Position numbers and translations under genes: made by a program
Shown here: piece by piece, positions 54,878 through 62,980 of the stretch
Numbering within the stretch: position 1 is the first letter of the stretch
How the letters are laid out: the number at the start of each line of letters is the position of its first letter
The notes under the pieces: model-generated
Database searches by the model: none
Told to the model about the DNA's origin: nothing
What the model saw: the letters and a program-made list of their open reading frames with translations, nothing else
DNA from: a virus
Lineage: Duplodnaviria; Heunggongvirae; Uroviricota; Caudoviricetes
Length of the DNA stretch: 64,000 nucleotides
Strand: one strand, 5' to 3'
IMG/VR virus record: IMGVR_UViG_2785510761_000002

Positions 54878-55720
54878 ATGTCGCGGCTTCACTCGTACTC
54901 CCTTGGTAACCAGCTTCTGATCGCGCTCCAAAAACCAGAAGCCACCCATGTCGGCGGGCAAGGCATGTGGAAGAGCATCGGCAGGCAGCTCCTCCCTGCC
55001 GAAGAACGTGGCAGCGGGATCAGCATCTTCCGCCCTATTTCCGGGTTCAGGGACCGGGCAGACGTTAACGGCTTCCCGGTGCTTCGGGACGACGGAAAGC
55101 CACTCCGGGATCGTGTGGTCATCATGTACTCAGCGGCCACGGTCTACGATGTCCCACAAACCTCTGGCACTCCTCTGCCAGAAGACATGATTGCTCAGAA
55201 CCTGTCCGGCGATGTGCCACGGGGGTTCGAAGAGGACACCGACTTGAGCATCGGACGGATCGGCTATGCGCTGAGCGAAGAGGAGCTGACCGGGGGCCGG
55301 AAGGGGTCCACCACCACGAACGGCAGCAAGCGAATCGTCATCAAAGCAGGACTGCCTCCATCGGAGCGTGTCCGAGCAAAGATGCACGAGGTCGGTCATG
55401 TCGCCGCGGGACATGTGAACGAGCAACACTACCTCGAATGCCACACGGGCGCCGGCGGCATGAGCAGCTCGATGGAGGTGGAGGCTGATTCAATTGGCCA
55501 CGTTATGCTGCGCATGAACAGCATGAATCCGAACTCCGGCATCTCACAGTATGCCGCCGGGTGGGCGAGCGTGCAGAGCGACGATCCTGACGTGGTGAAG
55601 AACACAGCCGCAGGGGTGCTGAGGGCAGTGAAAACGCTGATCAGCGAACATGACTGGAGGAATGCAATCACCCTTGAGAGGCCGCCAGCTGAGCCGCGCA
55701 ACAGCTCGGCATGCAGATAG
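54878..55720 (+). CDS. ArdC-like anti-restriction protein (N-terminal ssDNA-binding domain plus HExxH metalloprotease domain)
   Basis: N-terminus YSLGNQLLIALQ...GGQGMWKSIGRQL resembles ArdC-N. C-terminal HEVGHVAAGH zincin motif. Confidence 0.7.
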   Translation: MSRLHSYSLGNQLLIALQKPEATHVGGQGMWKSIGRQLLPAEERGSGISIFRPISGFRDRADVNGFPVLRDDGKPLRDRVVIMYSAATVYDVPQTSGTPLPEDMIAQNLSGDVPRGFEEDTDLSIGRIGYALSEEELTGGRKGSTTTNGSKRIVIKAGLPPSERVRAKMHEVGHVAAGHVNEQHYLECHTGAGGMSSSMEVEADSIGHVMLRMNSMNPNSGISQYAAGWASVQSDDPDVVKNTAAGVLRAVKTLISEHDWRNAITLERPPAEPRNSSACR

Positions 55721-55983
55721 TGTCGACCAGGGAGGTTGTTTTGAGCGCACAGATCCTCCAGGTCGAGTTTGGCGGCACCCCCTTCGAGGTCGAGGTCATC
55801 GACGAGGGCGAAGGGGAGGTGCTGACGTTCGATGACCCCGCTATCTTCGCCGAATTCGAGGAGGCCGAAGCCACGGTACAGAGCTTCGATCACCCATCAA
55901 TCCGGCGCCGCGTCCTGGAACTCCGCGACCAACTCCTGACGATCACCGGGGAGCTCGACCTGTTACTTGCAGATGCTGCCTAG
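55711..55983 (+). CDS. hypothetical acidic protein
   Basis: 90-aa ORF; a TTG start after RBS GGGAGG is likely. Confidence 0.35.
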   Translation: MQIVSTREVVLSAQILQVEFGGTPFEVEVIDEGEGEVLTFDDPAIFAEFEEAEATVQSFDHPSIRRRVLELRDQLLTITGELDLLLADAA

Positions 55984-57401
55984 TCTTCGACCGCCGGAAG
56001 CCACCGCTCCGGCGCTGGCACCCGGCGAAGCTCCGGTGGCACGGTCTCGTAGTACGCGCTGCTGTGCGCCGGAGCCATGTCGATCGCCCACAGATCCTCA
56101 CCGCTCACCATGATGTCGAGCGACCACTGACCGGTGAGATTCAGGCGGGGTAGCATCTCCTGAACCGCGGCCGCGACCGGCTCAACCATCTGTTCATACT
56201 CCTGCTGCAGCGACGGCTCCGCCACCATGTAGGTCACATAATCATGCCGGTTGTTCAGGTTGTCGGCATCAGACATTCGAGCGAAGCGGTGCTTCATTGT
56301 GTTCGACTCCCAGTACGGTGCCACCGACAGCACCTTGCGCTGATCGCAGTCGATGAACACACGGAACTCAGTGCGCAAAGGCAGGCCGTGATAGATCGTT
56401 GGGGTGCCGGCCGTAGCTCCAATGAACTCGCGCACCACCCATTCCACTGTTGTGCCGGCACCGTACATGATGGTGGGGTTCAGCGGAGAGGCCATGGATA
56501 GAGCCTGCTGATGCACGAAAAGCAGGTAGTCGCCGAGCTCGGCGACCTCCTGAGCTTCGCGTACTCGAGCGTTCCGGAAGTCGAACTTCGACGAGAAGAT
56601 GCCAGTCTTGATGAAGTAGTCACCGTCTGGCTGCAGGTTAAAGGCCCGTGTTGCCCACTCGTTAAGAATCTGGTGCGTCGTCCCGTTGATCGATTCGTAG
56701 TCGATACGGGTGAGCTGCAAGAGTGGAAGGGGCACTTGCGCAACAGTGGTGCGTGGGATTCGTAGCTCCGTTCCGTCGCAGGCTTCGGCGAGCTGCGGAA
56801 GCCAGCGCCCCATGGAGGCCTCGTTGAGGGCGATCATGTCGTACATGAGCGAGTCGAGGTCGAGGATGTCAAGCCCTTGCCGGAACCGGTCGTAGAACTG
56901 CTTTCGCTTGCTCGGGCTAGAGCTGCTGGACATCGCTTGCGCGTACATCATGAGCAGCATCGGCGACCCGCCCTCGGGGAGGTGCATGACCGCCGAATCG
57001 CCAGTTACCTGAGGGCGGATCGACTCTGGAAGTGACTTCGCGAGCTCAGTGTGCTTTGCCGTGCTTGCTCCGACGCCCAGGGGCCTCACCGTGCAAAAGT
57101 CATCCGATGTGCTCCACGCTTGGGTACGGGCGAGCAGGTCATCGACGATCCCGGAAATGAGGGTGTCAAGCGCCGGCGCCGACCCACCATCATGCTGAGA
57201 TCGTGACTCGCTCTGTACTTCAGCGAAGGAGGGGCCCAGCACGCCAAGACCGTCCGACATGACGGTGTATGCGCGCTCGAACTCTTCCAGCAGGTCCGGC
57301 TGGTCTCTGAGCATCTTAGCGATGGCTTCCGGGCTGAACGTGTTGCTGTTAGCCCCGTTCAGAAACAGGTCAAGTGGATTGGACAAGGGTTCCTCCTCCA
57401 T
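55980..57401 (-). CDS. hypothetical protein (possible ATP-grasp-like fold, unconfirmed)
   Basis: 473-aa ORF, co-directional with neighbours. No confident motif. Confidence 0.45.
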   Translation of the reverse strand: MEEEPLSNPLDLFLNGANSNTFSPEAIAKMLRDQPDLLEEFERAYTVMSDGLGVLGPSFAEVQSESRSQHDGGSAPALDTLISGIVDDLLARTQAWSTSDDFCTVRPLGVGASTAKHTELAKSLPESIRPQVTGDSAVMHLPEGGSPMLLMMYAQAMSSSSSPSKRKQFYDRFRQGLDILDLDSLMYDMIALNEASMGRWLPQLAEACDGTELRIPRTTVAQVPLPLLQLTRIDYESINGTTHQILNEWATRAFNLQPDGDYFIKTGIFSSKFDFRNARVREAQEVAELGDYLLFVHQQALSMASPLNPTIMYGAGTTVEWVVREFIGATAGTPTIYHGLPLRTEFRVFIDCDQRKVLSVAPYWESNTMKHRFARMSDADNLNNRHDYVTYMVAEPSLQQEYEQMVEPVAAAVQEMLPRLNLTGQWSLDIMVSGEDLWAIDMAPAHSSAYYETVPPELRRVPAPERWLPAVED

Positions 57402-57430
57402 GGCTCGGTTAGCCTGTCAGTCCTGGTGCT

Positions 57431-58168
57431 TCATGAAGCCGCCGTAACGTCAATTCCGGTGCGTCGCTTGGCCTCCTGGATCACGTTCAGCACACCCCGC
57501 CCGTCGATGGGGGTGTTTGGGAGCGTGATTTGCTCACTGGGGTGCGCCGGATGCACCGCGCGCAGGTGGTCGTTGCCTTGAAAAGAGATGCAGAATCCAG
57601 CACGCTCGAACGCGCGGCGAAGCTCCTTGCCCGTACCGGGCATCTTCCGGCCGCTGCCGCCGCTTGGCGAGCGTACGTTTGAAGGGTCATGAGACGGGTA
57701 CCTGGCGACTCCGACGACGCGCCATGACTCTTTTGCAACGAGAACCGACAGCTCATCTCCGCGGTAGTTCTCCACGTCACCGAACCTCGCAGGTGTGATG
57801 CGCACCGGCGAGTGAACGACTTCGAGCACCGATTCTCGATTAATTCCCTCATCGCTCATCTGTTGCAGAGCCTTGGCAGTGAACCCGGGCTCCATCTCGT
57901 CGCAGCCCACCGCATCCGCGCTCCAGAGAGCTGAGGTAGCTGGGGTGGGTGCTGGACGGGGGACAGGGATTGGTTTTGGCGCTGTCGGGACGGCGACCAG
58001 CTGAGGCTTGTCTTGTGCGTGCGAATGGTCGACGGTAGCTCCGTGAGCTGCGGCGAGCAGAAATCCTGCGACCTGCCCTGCGGCTTCGCGTGAAAGTACG
58101 ACCCGGTGTCCGTCGATCGCAATTGTGACTGGGCCGGTTCCTGCGGAGGCCACATGGAGTTCAGGCAT
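57431..58168 (-). CDS. protein with C-terminal HicA-like (YcfA) domain
   Basis: C-terminus LRRAFERAGFCISFQGNDHLRAVHP...ITLPNTPIDGRGVLNVIQEA fits the HicA pattern GF...GSH...P.H.l..g.l..i. Confidence 0.4.
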   Translation of the reverse strand: MPELHVASAGTGPVTIAIDGHRVVLSREAAGQVAGFLLAAAHGATVDHSHAQDKPQLVAVPTAPKPIPVPRPAPTPATSALWSADAVGCDEMEPGFTAKALQQMSDEGINRESVLEVVHSPVRITPARFGDVENYRGDELSVLVAKESWRVVGVARYPSHDPSNVRSPSGGSGRKMPGTGKELRRAFERAGFCISFQGNDHLRAVHPAHPSEQITLPNTPIDGRGVLNVIQEAKRRTGIDVTAAS

Positions 58169-58328
58169 TCGTTTTCACCCTTCAGTGAGATTACCGTCTG
58201 AATGCGCGGTCGGCCGACTTGCCGGGGCTCGCGCGCCTGCCCCGGTAAGTCGGCCCGATCACTGTCATTCCGGGCGAAAGGTGGCGCCCGGCAGTGTGTC
58301 GTGCATCGTGTAGGTGTGACGGGGCAGG

Positions 58329-58865
58329 TCAGGAGGGCTGGTGATCCACCGTGGCGATCTCGGAGAGGTCGCCGGACAGGTGAATGCTTGCGCCGTTTCG
58401 TTCGACTCGCATCTTCCCTCGCGCTTCGACATCGCGCGTGAGTTCGTTGCCCCACACTTCGCCAAGTTCGCGCCCGGCAGCGCCCCGAAGATCAGTGAGG
58501 TTGCCGTACTCGCCGCGGGAACGCACCATTGGGGTGTCACCATCAAGCTCGATGCGGATCCACCACTTCGAAGGGGGAGTGATGCCGCTGCCGTCGAACG
58601 AGGAGCGCGCCTGTTCAGCAAGCTGGCGAAGCGCAAGCGTCACGTCCCGCAGTTCGATCGTCCCAACTGTCTGCGCAGCGGAAAGGAGCACGCCGTCGCA
58701 TACGGGTGCTGCGATCATCATGATCGAGCCTTCGACTCCGTAGCCGATGATGGCCTGGAACTCGGTGATCTGCGTGCCGGTGAGCGTCCGCTGCACAGTG
58801 GCTGCCGCTTCCTGCTCGACGGTGGTTACGATCATGTCGCGGATCAGGTTCTGGTCTGGCTGCAT
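58329..58865 (-). CDS. hypothetical protein
   Basis: Start at the internal ATG overlapping the dprA stop (TAATG). Confidence 0.45.
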   Translation of the reverse strand: MQPDQNLIRDMIVTTVEQEAAATVQRTLTGTQITEFQAIIGYGVEGSIMMIAAPVCDGVLLSAAQTVGTIELRDVTLALRQLAEQARSSFDGSGITPPSKWWIRIELDGDTPMVRSRGEYGNLTDLRGAAGRELGEVWGNELTRDVEARGKMRVERNGASIHLSGDLSEIATVDHQPS

Positions 58866-59818
58866 TACTGCTCCTTGGTTTCGGAGGGGAGAAGCGCGAT
58901 GCGCTTGAGGTCTTCGGGGTCGGTGACGAGCTCTGCCACGTGCTCCCTGATCAGCGCGTGACATCCGGTGGATGCGGAGCTGGTGATCGGGCCGGGAACA
59001 GCGAACACTGCCCGGTCAAGATCCCTAGCTGTATGGGCGACGCGTATCGCGCTTGAGCGCGCGCCCGCCTCGGGGATGATCAGCGCTCGGCTGAGAGCCG
59101 CAATCAGGCGGCCGCGTTGCTGAAATCGCCACCGTGTCGGTGCAGATCCAGGGGCAAGCTCAGAGAGAACCAATCCGCCCCTGTCTGGGATCGTTCGAAG
59201 CAGTTCGCTATGCCCCTGGGGGTACGGCCGGTCGAGCGCTGAAGCTTGAACCGCGATCGTCGGCAGGCCCACGGCGATAGCTGCACGGTGGGCGGCTCCG
59301 TCGATGCCATACGCTCCGCCTGCGATGACAGTGACGCGGTGCTGTGCGAACGCACTGACAAACTCAGCCGTAACATGCGCACCGTATGCAGTGCTGGCTC
59401 GCGACCCCGCCACTGCGAGCTTCGTTCTCCGAAGCACGTCGAGATCTCCGCGTACCCAGAGGCCGTGCGGCATGGTGTCCCGGAGATCGTGCAACCCATG
59501 AGGCCAGGAGTGGTGCTCCGGGATGAGGAGCCGCTGACCGTCCTTCGCGGCAACTAGGAGCATCTCGCTGATACGCTGCTCGCCGGGGTTGCGATCCTGC
59601 CAGCGGCGGAAGTTGCTGTTGAATCTGCTCTCCGGGTTGAGGGCGATTTGCAGAGCCACAATTGGGCCGTGCTCCCTGATGATTGCACCGGCAGCCTGGT
59701 CACCAGGCTCGGTGATCATCAGCCAGGTGGCGCGCGCGCGTAGCAGTTCTGCTTGAGCGTCACTCATGTCGTCGCGTCGCTCACCGTCGATGGATATGAG
59801 CAGATTCTTGTTCTCCAT
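58865..59818 (-). CDS. dprA: DNA-processing protein A (DprA/Smf)
   Basis: Rossmann-fold DprA core GGAYGIDGAAHRAAI...VFAVPGPITS. Confidence 0.8.
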   Translation of the reverse strand: MENKNLLISIDGERRDDMSDAQAELLRARATWLMITEPGDQAAGAIIREHGPIVALQIALNPESRFNSNFRRWQDRNPGEQRISEMLLVAAKDGQRLLIPEHHSWPHGLHDLRDTMPHGLWVRGDLDVLRRTKLAVAGSRASTAYGAHVTAEFVSAFAQHRVTVIAGGAYGIDGAAHRAAIAVGLPTIAVQASALDRPYPQGHSELLRTIPDRGGLVLSELAPGSAPTRWRFQQRGRLIAALSRALIIPEAGARSSAIRVAHTARDLDRAVFAVPGPITSSASTGCHALIREHVAELVTDPEDLKRIALLPSETKEQ

Positions 59819-59860
59819 GATGAGGCTCCTTCTGGCACCGGTACTTCCGGTTCAATCCGA

Positions 59861-59870
59861 GAATGCGCGG
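59861..59870 (-). promoter_or_regulatory. CCGCGCATTC motif instance upstream of dprA
   Basis: About 45 nt upstream of the ATG, with RBS AAGGAGCC. Confidence 0.4.
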
Positions 59871-60038
59871 CGCTAAGAGTCGGTGCAGCTGCGACTTCTG
59901 TCGTGAAGCTGGCGGACGAACTCTCGCCGCCCCCGTCGGCGTAACCTGCGACTCTTCCGTCTCGAACCCCTTGAGGCCTATTGCTCGGCACGCTTCCCAG
60001 ATGCTGTCTGAGCAGTGCACACCCTCGTGGGCAGCGGT

Positions 60039-60614
60039 TTACTCCGAGATCAGTTTTGCGTTCGCCAGGTCTGCCTCGGTCTGCTGCGTGCCTGCGGCAT
60101 TGACCAGCAGGTACAGGTCGGCCTCCTCGGCGATGGTGCCGACCGCTGTCTCAATCACCGGCAGCAGGGCGCGGTTCGTGAACAGGCGCTGACCGGTGGG
60201 TGTGAGCTGCTGGTAGGTCACGTACAGTCCGTCGTCAGTCACGGTTGTGTCAGCCACCTGCTCTGCGGGGAACCAGCTCGCCGGCACGGGAAGCAATCCA
60301 TCGAACCAGGCGATTGCCGTCTCGATCCGCTGTTTCCCGTCGATGACTCCGTAGAGGTGATTACCGAGAGGAAACCCGTCAACTGCTTTCGGCCATGGCG
60401 GCGCCAGACGGTCATTGATGATCACAGCCGGGATTGGCATTCCGATCAGCCATGAGCGGATCAGCCCGATGCGCTGATCGTCAGTCCACACGGATCCCCG
60501 CTGGTATGCAGGCGAGAGGTCTCCTGCCGCCAAGAGGCGTGCCACCTCGCGCGCTGACCGGTTTGAAGCGGTAAGTGTTTGGTGGGTGATGGGGTGCGCG
60601 GTCTGTCGAGTCAT
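60039..60614 (-). CDS. DUF262 (ParB/GmrSD-N-like) domain protein
   Basis: DGKQRIETAIAWF matches the DGQQR motif of DUF262. Confidence 0.6.
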   Translation of the reverse strand: MTRQTAHPITHQTLTASNRSAREVARLLAAGDLSPAYQRGSVWTDDQRIGLIRSWLIGMPIPAVIINDRLAPPWPKAVDGFPLGNHLYGVIDGKQRIETAIAWFDGLLPVPASWFPAEQVADTTVTDDGLYVTYQQLTPTGQRLFTNRALLPVIETAVGTIAEEADLYLLVNAAGTQQTEADLANAKLISE

Positions 60615-60679
60615 GATGTCCTCTCTGGCGCGGGTGCCGCGCTCCCCGTTTCAATGCGCGGGATGCCGGAGACAGAGAA

Positions 60680-60712
60680 GAGCACCCCGACTCTCAGCCG
60701 GGGTGCTCTTCG
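60680..60712 (-). terminator. Rho-independent terminator candidate
   Basis: Hairpin GAGCACCCCGG-ctgagagt-CGGGGTGCTC just downstream of the LRR gene stop. Confidence 0.45.
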
Positions 60713-60725
60713 ACCTCTCCGCCCG

Positions 60726-62459
60726 TTAGGCGGTGGCTCGGACGCGCTTGCGCATGAGCAGCAAGCCGCCAGCAGCTATGACCAGAGCGCCGAGCGCGAT
60801 GCCGCCGGCCGGGATGTCGGAGCCGGTGTTTGCGAGGGATGCCCCCTCAGCTTTTTTGTCCCCGTCTGGCTGAGCTCCGGTATCGTCCGGAGCCTCAGCT
60901 GGCGTTTCCGGCGTGCTGTTGTCGCCGCCCTCCTCGCCACCGGTGCCTGGGTTTTCCGGGTCGGTGCCCAGGTCGTCCGCGGCGACCACGATGTGGCGGG
61001 GGCCGTTCCATGAGTACGCCTGCGGCAGTGCGCCAACACCGATGAACGGTGCCCCGAATTTGGTTCCGGGCTCCATGCCGGTGGTGTCCACCGTTCCGGT
61101 GGCCGGGTCGTAGCTCTCCATGTTCAGCGCCGGCTGGCGTGAATCGATGGCGGCGAACTGTCCGTCATAGTCGATGGGGGCGATGCGGACGCGCTCGCCG
61201 GCCTTCACCTTGATGTCGGCCGCCTGGCTGTCTCCCTGGGCGGAGAGACTTACGACGTCGTGCATGTCACCGACTGGTGATGCGTCGAAGATCAGGTTCT
61301 GAGTGAGATCGACGCTTTTCGCGGCACTGTACTTGCTGATGTCACCCACGTCGGAGATGTTGTTGTTCCTGAGGTAAATGTTGCCTTGCATCTCACCGAA
61401 TGTCGGCAGGGTGTTGATATCGAACCCGCTGATGGAGACGGTGCTGCCGAACTTGATGTCTGCGAGAGCTTCGATGCCCTTCGCTGCGGTGCGCGCGCGA
61501 GGTGAGCCCCATTCACCGTCACGGTATTTGCTGTCCGTGTACTGCACCGTCAGGGTGTTCATCTCGCTGGTCTTGAGGTAGCCGAAATCGAAGTTCGGGA
61601 TCACTCCCCACAGGCTGAGATCGGACAGGCCCCTCAGACTCTTCAGCGCAGTGAAGTCTTCAATGTTGTTGAAATCTGCATAGAACTGGAACAGGTGGGG
61701 CATGTTCTTCAACACGCTGATGTCGGTGACGTCACCTTTGGCGTTATTGCTGAGACTCTTGCTCTGCACCTGAGGGATGCGGAGCGTCTCCAGCTCGGTG
61801 AGCTTGGTGAGCGGGCTGATATCGGAGATGTTGTTGTAGGACAGCTCGAGGTTCACCATGTTCGTCATGTTGGCGAGCGGGGTGAGGTCTGAGATGTTCT
61901 GCCAGTTGACGTTCAGCCAGTACAGATTCATCGTTTCGAGGCCTCGCAGGCTGGTGAGGCGCTCCTCGGCGGGGAGCTTGAACCCTGCCGAACCTCCCCA
62001 AAGCTCGACCATCTCCATGCCGGTGTTACCGGAGAGCGGTCGGAGGTCGAGATTCGAAACCGGCTCCATCGAGAACACGGTGAGCGTCGCGGATCCTTGC
62101 AGCGGGCTGAGATCGGTGATCAGGTTGGGGGAGTCCTGGTTCGATGTGTTGTTGAGCAGATTGAGGCGCTCGAGGTTTGTGAACTTCTGCAGCCCCTCAA
62201 TGCTCGTCACCCCCTTGGATCGGCAGTCGATAGTGCGCACCGTGGACGCTTGAGCCTCCGTGATCATGTCTCCCGGTGCCTGGTTCAGGCTTTCGTTCAC
62301 GCAGCCCTTCAGCTGTGAGCTGCCGAATGTGACCGCATCGCCGGGAGCAGCGTTCGCCGCGGTTGGGATCGCAAAGGCACTTACTCCCACTAGGGCTGAT
62401 GCCGCAAACGTCAGGGCCGCGCGGCCCATGCTTCCGTTTCGCTTCTTGTTCAAGATCAT
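60726..62459 (-). CDS. leucine-rich-repeat surface protein with sortase (LAxTG) cell-wall anchor
   Basis: Signal peptide. More than 10 LRR units (LxxLxLxxN). C-terminal LANTG followed by a hydrophobic helix and RKRVR. Confidence 0.7.
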   Translation of the reverse strand: MILNKKRNGSMGRAALTFAASALVGVSAFAIPTAANAAPGDAVTFGSSQLKGCVNESLNQAPGDMITEAQASTVRTIDCRSKGVTSIEGLQKFTNLERLNLLNNTSNQDSPNLITDLSPLQGSATLTVFSMEPVSNLDLRPLSGNTGMEMVELWGGSAGFKLPAEERLTSLRGLETMNLYWLNVNWQNISDLTPLANMTNMVNLELSYNNISDISPLTKLTELETLRIPQVQSKSLSNNAKGDVTDISVLKNMPHLFQFYADFNNIEDFTALKSLRGLSDLSLWGVIPNFDFGYLKTSEMNTLTVQYTDSKYRDGEWGSPRARTAAKGIEALADIKFGSTVSISGFDINTLPTFGEMQGNIYLRNNNISDVGDISKYSAAKSVDLTQNLIFDASPVGDMHDVVSLSAQGDSQAADIKVKAGERVRIAPIDYDGQFAAIDSRQPALNMESYDPATGTVDTTGMEPGTKFGAPFIGVGALPQAYSWNGPRHIVVAADDLGTDPENPGTGGEEGGDNSTPETPAEAPDDTGAQPDGDKKAEGASLANTGSDIPAGGIALGALVIAAGGLLLMRKRVRATA

Positions 62460-62534
62460 CCTTCAATCCGAGCTAACTGACACGCGCACACTGCGCTCAC
62501 CTTCTCCGCACATACGGGTCTGCGCCCCGAGCAC

Positions 62535-62568
62535 GAAAAAAGGTGGACGGCAGCCATCGCTGCCGTCC
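62535..62568 (-). terminator. Rho-independent terminator
   Basis: Perfect hairpin GGTGGACGGCAGC-gatg-GCTGCCGTCCACC followed by UUUUUUCG on the minus strand, directly after the stop of the 62595..62924 gene. Confidence 0.65.
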
Positions 62569-62594
62569 ACCTGAATGCGCGGTGACCGCGAAAA

Positions 62595-62924
62595 TCAGCT
62601 CTTCTGGTTGCGCCAGTTGAGTTCGCGCACGAGCGCTTCTGCGCCAGCTTTCAGGGAGGTGCACTCCAAGTTCCTGCCGTGCTTGCTGGAGCGGTACTGC
62701 CACCCAGGCGACTGCCACCTGGCAAGCACATACCGAAGGCCCTGAGCGCGCCGCTCACGGGTGAGCATCGACCGTTCGACATAGCCAATTGCCTCGCCGT
62801 CCAAGGTCACCTCGTACACGCGACCGATCCTGGTTTTTGAGACCTCGCCGTACTTGTTCTTGATCTCACGCACATCACCCTCGCGGATGAGTGTGACTAC
62901 AGGTTCGCTGCTCTGGGCGGTCAT
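62595..62924 (-). CDS. hypothetical protein
   Basis: 109-aa ORF. CCGCGCATTC about 45 nt upstream. Confidence 0.45.
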   Translation of the reverse strand: MTAQSSEPVVTLIREGDVREIKNKYGEVSKTRIGRVYEVTLDGEAIGYVERSMLTRERRAQGLRYVLARWQSPGWQYRSSKHGRNLECTSLKAGAEALVRELNWRNQKS

Positions 62925-62980
62925 GGTTTCCTTTCCGGCCGGCGCATCTCGCGGGCTCAGATCCGGAATGCGCGGTCGCG

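Noticed and set aside
7700-62980. CRISPR-like array suggested by the recurring CCGCGCATTC motif
   Set aside because: Copies are kilobases apart and irregularly spaced. They always lie in promoter-like positions of genes on either strand, with no repeat-spacer periodicity.
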